Part shown: piece after piece, positions 57,231-64,000 of the stretch
Numbering within the stretch: position 1 is the first letter of the stretch
Layout: each line of letters starts with the position of its first letter
Assembly (NCBI GenBank): GCA_950097015.1
Contig: CATNEN010000032.1
Coordinates: 1,054,001 to 1,118,000, forward strand
DNA length: 64,000 bases
Reading direction: 5' to 3'
Source of the DNA: Macrostomum hystrix
Taxonomy: Eukaryota > Animalia > Platyhelminthes
The notes under the pieces: model-generated
What the model saw: the letters and a program-made list of their open reading frames with translations, nothing else
Told to the model about the DNA's origin: nothing
Database searches by the model: none
Position numbers and translations under genes: made by a program

Positions 57231-58903
57231 ATGTCTGAAAAAGAGTCTTCGGCCACTGAAAAGACGCAGCTAGTTCGCCGAGGAGCGGCGCCGACTGCCA
57301 GCTCCGACGACGCTGGCGATGCCGCTGATGAACCGCGAAAAATGAAAGTCGGCGAAGTGATCGACGCCCTTGGTGTCGGCCGGTTCCAGGCTCTGATGGC
57401 CCTCTTCGCCGGCCTACTGCTGCTCGGCGAAGCCATGGGCATCACCCTGATCGGCATTGTCGGCCGCAGCATCCAGTGCCAGTGGCTGTTATCGAATCTC
57501 CGGCTGGCCGTGTTCTCTCTAGCCATCTTCATCGGCTTCCTGGTGTTCTGCCCTCTGTGGGGCTACCTGGCCGATCAGCACGGCCGCCGGGGAATCCTGA
57601 TCCTGGGCATGTCCTTCACCGGCTACTTCATGCTGATCTCCGCCCTGTCGCCCAGCTTTGAATGGCTCGTCTTCCTTCGCACAGCTGCCGGCGCCGCCAT
57701 GGCAACCTCTCCGCAGGGCCTCGTGTACATGGTCGAATGCTGCCCAACAACCGCAAGGGCCTACCTGCTTAACACCGGTTTCGTTATCTGGAGCATCGGC
57801 CCAGTGCTGGAGCTGGCCATTGCGCTTGGCCTACATGCTGCCGGCATCGGCGAAGGCAGCTGGCGAGTCCTGGTGGTTCTGTCCTCATTGCCCATCATAG
57901 CCAGCTGCGGCGCCTACTGGGTGTTCCCGGAGACGCCCCGCTACCACCTGGTGCACGGCAATCTGGAAAAGTGCAAAGCCTCGCTGCGCCGCATCGCCCG
58001 GGTGAACGGTCGCGAAGGCGACTTTGACTGGGCCCGGATGCGCATCGAGCCCGAGGCCAAGACGTCGGAGGCGCCCCGGATCAAGTGGCTGTTCAGCAGA
58101 CGGCTCCGGTCACTGACCCTGGGTCTCGGGGCCATCAGCTTCCTGACGAACTTCACCTACTATGGCGGAGTTCTGTTCGCCCAGCAGCTGGTGCAGGAGT
58201 CGGGCGTGAGCGAAGGCGTGGCCGAGGTGCTGCACACCTCCTGCGGCGGCGAGGACTGCAGCCCGCTGACTCAGCGAGACTATGTCAACCTGCTGGTGAC
58301 GGCTTTTTCCGAGGTGCCCGGCACAGTGATCGCCCTGGCTGCCAGTGCCTACCTGGAGCGCAAGCGCATGCTGCAGGTTGGCCTCAGAGAGAATCTGCTC
58401 CGATCTTGTCTTCCTCAGAAACTTTGGGATAATTTTTGCGAAGCCCCATCCTCATTTAGGAAAAAGCTTGATTAGATGCATTGTGAGGTGCTGATTAACT
58501 GGACCAGATCACAATCGAAATCACGATTAAATTTCAGGTGTCGGCAGGTCTGGCGGGCGCCTTCACCCTGCTGCTGATGCTGAGCAGTCTGGCTCCGCGC
58601 AGCGCTGCCCTCCTAGTCGGCCTGCTGTTCTTCGCCCGTGGCTCGGCCGTCGTGACCATCAACATCAGCAACATCTACGCCCCGGAGGCGTTCCCAACCA
58701 GGGTGCGCTCTCTGGGAGTGGGCCTCATCCAGCTGACGGGCAAGTCCGGCTGCATCCTGACGCCGCTCGTCGCGCAGGTCGTGCTGCCGATGTCCCGTGC
58801 AGGCGGGTTGGTCATCTACGCCTCCGCCTTTATCGCCGTTGTCTTGCTAGCTGCCCTGTGCCTAGATCGCGAGACCAAGGATGTGGACCTGGAGGATCAC
58901 TGA
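57231..58903 (+). CDS. SVOP: MFS transporter, SV2-related (SVOP-like), ~503 aa
   Basis: Exons 57231-58376 (CAG|GTTGGC) and 58538-58903, phase 0. Motifs 'V..VIDALGVGRFQ', 'WGYLADQHGRR', 'PETPRY', 'YYGGVL', 'YAPEAFPTRVRSLGVG', 'RETK'. Confidence 0.88.
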
Positions 58904-59351
58904 TCACCTGAGCTGTCTGAGCAACACTGGTATAATCATTCATGATTTATAAAAACCTGGATGCATAATCTCTAGTCCCCAGTCATGGCCAAAGATATCC
59001 GGATCCCACCATGACTAAATATCCAAAAATTAATAAACAGATCGCGCTGTGACTAAAAAGGTTCCAAAGAGACCAAAATGGTCTCATTGTGAATCAAATT
59101 GCATGATCGTATTATTCGCAACCTTGAAATGAACAATTTCTACTTTTCCCATGATTTGCATTTCACCCAACGCACTCTGAGACTTCGCTCTCTGCAAAAG
59201 TTTCCTGCCTTTTGTGACAGGAAAGCTCGCGCTTATTCACCTGGAATTCAAAAAAATATTTCTGTGTACTTCTTACACTACTACGAGTAATACTACTCAA
59301 ATATAAGTTTGCACTTCAATCTTAAATTGTAGTGTTCATTTGTTTAGGATA

Positions 59352-60052
59352 CACTTGTCTAACAGCTAGCTTGGACCACTTGTCTAACAGCTACTTTGGC
59401 CTGCTTGTCTAACAGCCAGCTTGGATCACTTGTCTAACAGCTAGCTTGGACCACTTGTCTAACAGCTAGCTTGGATCACTTGTCTAACAGCTAGCTTGGA
59501 TCACTTGGCTAACAGCTAGCTAGCTTGGACCACTTGTCTAACAGCTAGCTTGGATCACTTGTCTAACAGCTAGCTTGGACCACTTGTCTAACAGCTAGCT
59601 TGGATCACTTGTCTAACAGCTAGCTTGGATCACTTGTCTAACAGCTAGCTTGGATCACTTGGCTAACAGCTAGCTAGCTTGGACCACTTGTCTAACAGCT
59701 AGCTTGGATCACGTGTCTAACAGCTAGCTTGGACCACTTGTCTAACAGCTAGCTTGGATCACTTGGCTAACAGCTAGCTAGCTTGGACCACTTGTCTAAC
59801 AGCTAGCTTGGATCACGTGTCTAACAGCTAGCTTGGACCACTTGTCTAACAGCTAGCTTGGATCACTTGTCTAACAGCTAGCTTGGATCACTTGTCTAAC
59901 AGCTAGCTTGGACCACTTGTCTAACAGCTAGCTTGGACCACTTGTCTAACAGCTAGCTTGGATCACTTGTCTAACAGCTAGCTTGGATCACTTGTCTAAC
60001 AGCTAGCTTGGACCACTTGTCTAACAGCTAGCTTGGATCACTTGTCTAACAG
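59352..60052. repeat. 25-bp minisatellite ACTTGTCTAACAGCTAGCTTGGA(T/C)C, ~27 copies
   Basis: Tandem array with an AGCTAGCT palindromic core. Confidence 0.96.
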
Positions 60053-60624
60053 GTTAGCCCGCGGGGTATGCATTGGCATCTGTTGCTATAATCAAATCCA
60101 TAAATAATAGAAATTAACGGTTGACTGCTTAAATAAACAATTCTAGGACCGAATGGTGCATTGCTAACTGATCTAATGATTTTATATTCTAACCGCTTGC
60201 ATTGAAAAAGCTCGGATGAAAACATAAACCTTGCCAAATTTCCAATCAACTGGCAGAGATTGCAAAGAGTTACTTGAAGTCATGTGGCCAAGCAAATTGA
60301 TAAGCTTTAATTGGCATGCTTCACTCTAGCTGAGGTCAGGCTAACAAAACACGAATTCGTACACAGCTGATAATTGCGACGGTAAACAATATTTGAAATA
60401 GAAAATTCTGAGTTTCCGGTGTGGTGTAATGCAGGAAGAGTGCTTCGTGTAGTGAAAACGGTAATTACAGTTGCAGGCAGGCTTTTAATCAAAAAAATGT
60501 TTTTAAAAACATAGTCTTATAGCAGCTACAAAAATTATTAAAACAATTGAATAGAACAAATGAGAACATGCATGTTTATTGAACTCTTAGCTTGATGCTA
60601 AGAAACTAATTGATAACACCTGCC

Positions 60625-60905
60625 CCACTTGGCCACATGTGCAGCCGACAGCACAGTGTCTGGACTGGAATCCAAAAAATTGCGCGGCGCATCTGCAGGC
60701 TGCGTAAGGCTGTCCAGTCCATGGACTGGGGGGACGCCAGACTCACCTAATAGCTGGACAAGGGCGCCAGACAGCTGGGTGTACTGAATCAATGCAGAGA
60801 TAAGTGCATTGATAATAGGGCGCAAATTGTTACAATGGAGTCGGGAATCGAACCTCCGACCATCATTTGATGAGTCCGACCTTCTATGCACTACGGCTAC
60901 AATCA
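60625..60905 (-). mobile_element. CORE-like SINE, copy C (more diverged)
   Basis: Shares TGTGCAGCCGACAGCACAG, CAGTCCATGGACTGGGGGGACGCC, ACAGCTGGGTG.ACTGAA and GGAATCGAAC with copy A. Confidence 0.65.
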
Positions 60906-61059
60906 CTAAAATCCCTAAAACCACTAATCAAAAAAATATTATTACTGTTTAAAAAGCAGATCAAATAGTGTGTGGCTAGGCTTACTTCGATACAAAAAGG
61001 TGATGTGCGGTCATAATTAAGGTTGTAAATTTAATTATTATTATTATTATTATTATGGT

Positions 61060-63000
61060 TCAGGCCACCAGGTTCGCTGTTGCATACTCTGGTCCGTCTT
61101 CTTGAGTCGCCGACGTCAGATCATCAGGGCGATCCGACGCACCTCGCTGACGCGTAAGCATTCCGAAGCAGTCGACGCCGGGACTGTCCTCACTCGTGGC
61201 AGAATTTTCGTTCCCTAGAAGCTGCTGCCGTTGCTCAGCGCTGAAGCCGGCGAGATTTCGAAGCCGCCAAGTCCTGAGCAGCAGTGCAAAAGCGCCAGCT
61301 AGAAGCAAGAATCCAGCCACCGCGCCAGAGATCACTACTGGCAGCAGCCAAACTGGAGGCGAGGATCTCGTCGGGATGGATGTAGTAGTAGTGTAATTAG
61401 TAGTAGCAGTAGTAGCAGTAGTAGCAGTAGTAGCAGTAGTAGCAGTAGTAGCAGTAGTAGCAGTAGTAGCAGTAGTCGCAGTAGTAGCAGTAGTAGCAGT
61501 AGTAGCAGTAGTAGCAGTAGTAGTAGTAGTAGTAGCAGTAGTAGCAGTAGTAGCAGTAGTAGCAGTAGTAGCAGTAGTAGCAGTAGTAGCAGTAGTAGTA
61601 GTAGTAGTAGTAGCAGTAGTAGTAGTAGCAGAGTCGCAATTCACTGGCTTGCAGTCAACCAATTTCATCTTGTGTTTAGTTGTCGCATTCGTGCATTGGA
61701 CATCGTTCAGCTTGTAGAACTTCTTCTTAAGCGCGTCGATGGCCAGCTGTTTGCTGAGCCAGAGCAAGCTGCAGTTGCACACCAGCGGGTTGCCGCCAAT
61801 CCTCAAGCCATTGTCGGCGAAGCCTTTCAAATCCGGCAGCGGATTCGGGCCTAGACCGTCAACACCGCCGATGAGCGCTACATTAGCGTTAGACAAGTCC
61901 AGGCTGCGCAAGGACGAACCGAATGTGGCCGAAGACCAAGAAGACAGGCGGCTCTTTGCCAAATTGAGATCTATAAGTTTGCTCAGACTACTCAGTTGAT
62001 CATCCAGCGAGGTTATAGAGCACTCGCTAAGGAACAGTTGAGTGATGCTGGAGCCACCAATCAGGGCGTCATTACTAATGCTGCTTAAGCTGCGACTTCC
62101 TCCTAGGTGCAGCAGGTTGAGGCTTGGAAAATTATCAGATGGGAGAAATCCTGAGGGTAGCTGGGACCAGCCAGTGGATTTCAGGATCAAGTTGACAAAC
62201 TGGTTGGAGAAGGTGACCGCCTTCAAAGCTGCCGCAAAGTTCTCCACTGGCAAGCCGGGGTTGTCGCCCAGGTCCAAGTTGGTTAGACTTTTAGCCAGTG
62301 ACGTCAGCGCCGCCGGCTCCACAGACTTCAAGCCGACAGCGTTCATCTTCAGAGACTTGAGGGAACCAGCTTGGCCGATGGCTGTGAGAGTTGAGTTGGT
62401 GAGGCTGCTGAACTTATTCTTCGTGAGGATGAGGGATTGCAGGCTGGTGCAATTTGAATATGACGGCGGTGCCGCATGAGCTTCGCTCAGCTGGTTCTCG
62501 TCGACGCCAAGGTGCGTGAGGCTGGAGCCGACATCGTTACACAGTTCTGGCCAATCAGTGAGCTTATTGCGGGTCAGGTACAGTAGTTTGAGACTTCTCA
62601 GGCCAACAAGGTCACCGGCTCGGATGCTCTCGAGCTTGTTATCCACAATGTGCAGCTCCAATAGCTGCGAAAGATTAGCCAGTTTGCCGTCAATGCGCTT
62701 GATGCTGTTCCTGTTCAGAATGAGGATCTGGGTGTCGGCCGGAATGCCGTCAGGGACGCTGGAGAAGCCAGCTTTTGAGCAGTCGACTTTCTTGAGCGAG
62801 GTCTGGTGTTTCCGGATTGCATTACTGCAGTTGCAGTGTGCGGGACAATATTCAGCGCTGTCCGACGTGTCTTCTAAATCAGGATTGTCAAGGAACGCAG
62901 TCGGGCCGATCAGCGCTAGGACTAGCAGGGCGCAGAAGACAATGACGGAAACTCCGGATAGCTTAGTGAGAGGTCTGCAGAGTATCAATGCGCAGGCCAT
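61060..63000 (-). CDS. Leucine-rich-repeat type-I membrane protein (LRRNT, multiple LRRs, LRRCT, Thr-rich stalk, TM, short tail), 646 aa, intronless
   Basis: Hydrophobic N-terminus; CPAHCNC...VDCS..FSSVPDGIP (LRRNT); LxxLxLxxN repeats; GNPLVCNC..LWL (LRRCT); (TTA)n stalk; TM 'VWLLPVVISGAVAGFLLLAGAFALLL'; ~70-aa cytoplasmic tail without a TIR domain. Confidence 0.9.
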   Translation of the reverse strand: MACALILCRPLTKLSGVSVIVFCALLVLALIGPTAFLDNPDLEDTSDSAEYCPAHCNCSNAIRKHQTSLKKVDCSKAGFSSVPDGIPADTQILILNRNSIKRIDGKLANLSQLLELHIVDNKLESIRAGDLVGLRSLKLLYLTRNKLTDWPELCNDVGSSLTHLGVDENQLSEAHAAPPSYSNCTSLQSLILTKNKFSSLTNSTLTAIGQAGSLKSLKMNAVGLKSVEPAALTSLAKSLTNLDLGDNPGLPVENFAAALKAVTFSNQFVNLILKSTGWSQLPSGFLPSDNFPSLNLLHLGGSRSLSSISNDALIGGSSITQLFLSECSITSLDDQLSSLSKLIDLNLAKSRLSSWSSATFGSSLRSLDLSNANVALIGGVDGLGPNPLPDLKGFADNGLRIGGNPLVCNCSLLWLSKQLAIDALKKKFYKLNDVQCTNATTKHKMKLVDCKPVNCDSATTTTATTTTTTTATTATTATTATTATTATTATTTTTTATTATTATTATTATTATTATTATTATTATTATTATTATTNYTTTTSIPTRSSPPVWLLPVVISGAVAGFLLLAGAFALLLRTWRLRNLAGFSAEQRQQLLGNENSATSEDSPGVDCFGMLTRQRGASDRPDDLTSATQEDGPEYATANLVA

Positions 63001-63050
63001 ATCTGCTGTACAGGTACCGTATGAAAGGTTTGGGCAGTTAGATTTGTGAA

Positions 63051-63408
63051 CTGCAGCTGGATCTGCAGCTAGAATCGCAGCTAGAATCGCAGCTAGAATC
63101 GCAGCTGGATCTGCAGCTAGAATCGCAGCTGGATCTGCAGCTGGATCCGCAGCTAGAATCGCAGCTGGATCTGCAGCTAGAATCGCAGCTGGATCTGCAG
63201 CTGGATCCGCAGCTAGAATCGCAGCTGGATCTGCAGCTGGATCCGCAGCTAGAATCGCAGCTGGATCTGCAGCTGGATCCGCAGCTAGAATCGCAGCTGG
63301 ATCTGCAGCTGGATCCGCAGCTAGAATCGCAGCTGGATCTGCAGCTGGATCCGCAGCTAGAATTGCAGCTGGATCTGCAGCTGGATCCGCAGCTAGAATC
63401 GCAGCTGG
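63051..63408. repeat. 12-bp minisatellite GCAGCT(GGATCT/GGATCC/AGAATC), ~30 copies
   Basis: Array immediately upstream of the LRR gene start. Confidence 0.93.
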
Positions 63409-64000
63409 GTCTATTTTTCTAAGGAATGACTTCAGTTAGAGTGTTCAATATTGTTTAACTGCTAAGAAAGATATTACATTTTTCTCGCGAGAATAAAATG
63501 CAATGAGTTACAATAGCCTCTGTACTTACCTATCTGTTGGTCTTGCAAAACAGTTGTCGCTTATATAAATTGTAATTTGAGATCAGTTAAAGCCGGCCGA
63601 GTTTCTACCCGGAGTTGGCACACAGATTTATTTTATGCCGAATCACTTGGCCAAAATTTCTTGGAAAATCAGCCCTGGCAGAGAGGCTACTTTTAGATCA
63701 ATGTACTCAACGAGAATGTGCAATTTATTTCCTGGAATACTAGATTGTTCAGCTGTTGTTTAGAAATTAATCGCGTCACAATTATAAATAGAATTTTCGT
63801 TTTACGAGGTAGCCATTTGTACATTCGGTCATTTATAGCTAGCATCTAGTATCTATTTGCTAGCTATAGAAGTTCATAAGTTTAGTTTAAGAGAAAAACC
63901 TATTAATAAAAACACAAGATTGATGCTAAAATACTGAGCTCTTGTAGTGTCAGCTTGTTTGCCCTTCTATCTCCCCGTGTTATTATTCAGTACTTATTTT

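Noticed and set aside
61196-63049. Plus-strand ORFs and the YCY-repeat ORF
   Set aside because: They are antisense or alternate-frame shadows of the LRR gene and its Thr stalk.

Overview
This is eukaryotic (invertebrate metazoan) genomic DNA with GT-AG introns, GC-rich codon usage and many intronic minisatellites. The style suggests the flatworm Macrostomum, which is an inference only. Genes reconstructed by hand: a 6-finger C2H2 zinc-finger gene (+), an intronless ankyrin-repeat gene (+), two tandem PAN/apple + C-type lectin genes (+), a 15-exon fibrillar collagen (-), bifunctional CoA synthase COASY (-), a CDKL1-type kinase (+), CDC123 (-), an SVOP-like MFS transporter (+) and an intronless LRR type-I membrane protein with a Thr stalk (-). 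Mobile DNA: a Mutator/Foldback-type MITE with a perfect 9-bp TSD, a decayed Crypton-like tyrosine-recombinase fragment with palindromic flanks, a short TIR MITE, an RTE-type LINE remnant and three copies of a tRNA-headed SINE with a MIR/CORE-like central domain. The most notable observations are: (1) the lectin pair has a ~99% identical 'constant' 5' block and a ~60% identical ligand-binding end; (2) one minisatellite lies in opposite orientations in the two introns flanking the COASY PPAT exon; (3) two different 38-bp satellites, both resembling 3' splice sites, fill the CDKL introns; (4) the collagen has an interrupted helix with many N-G-T/S sequons; (5) a GC-rich, tRNA-headed, tetraloop-rich block at 54.4-55.15 kb remains unexplained. 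There is no CRISPR array or prokaryotic system.
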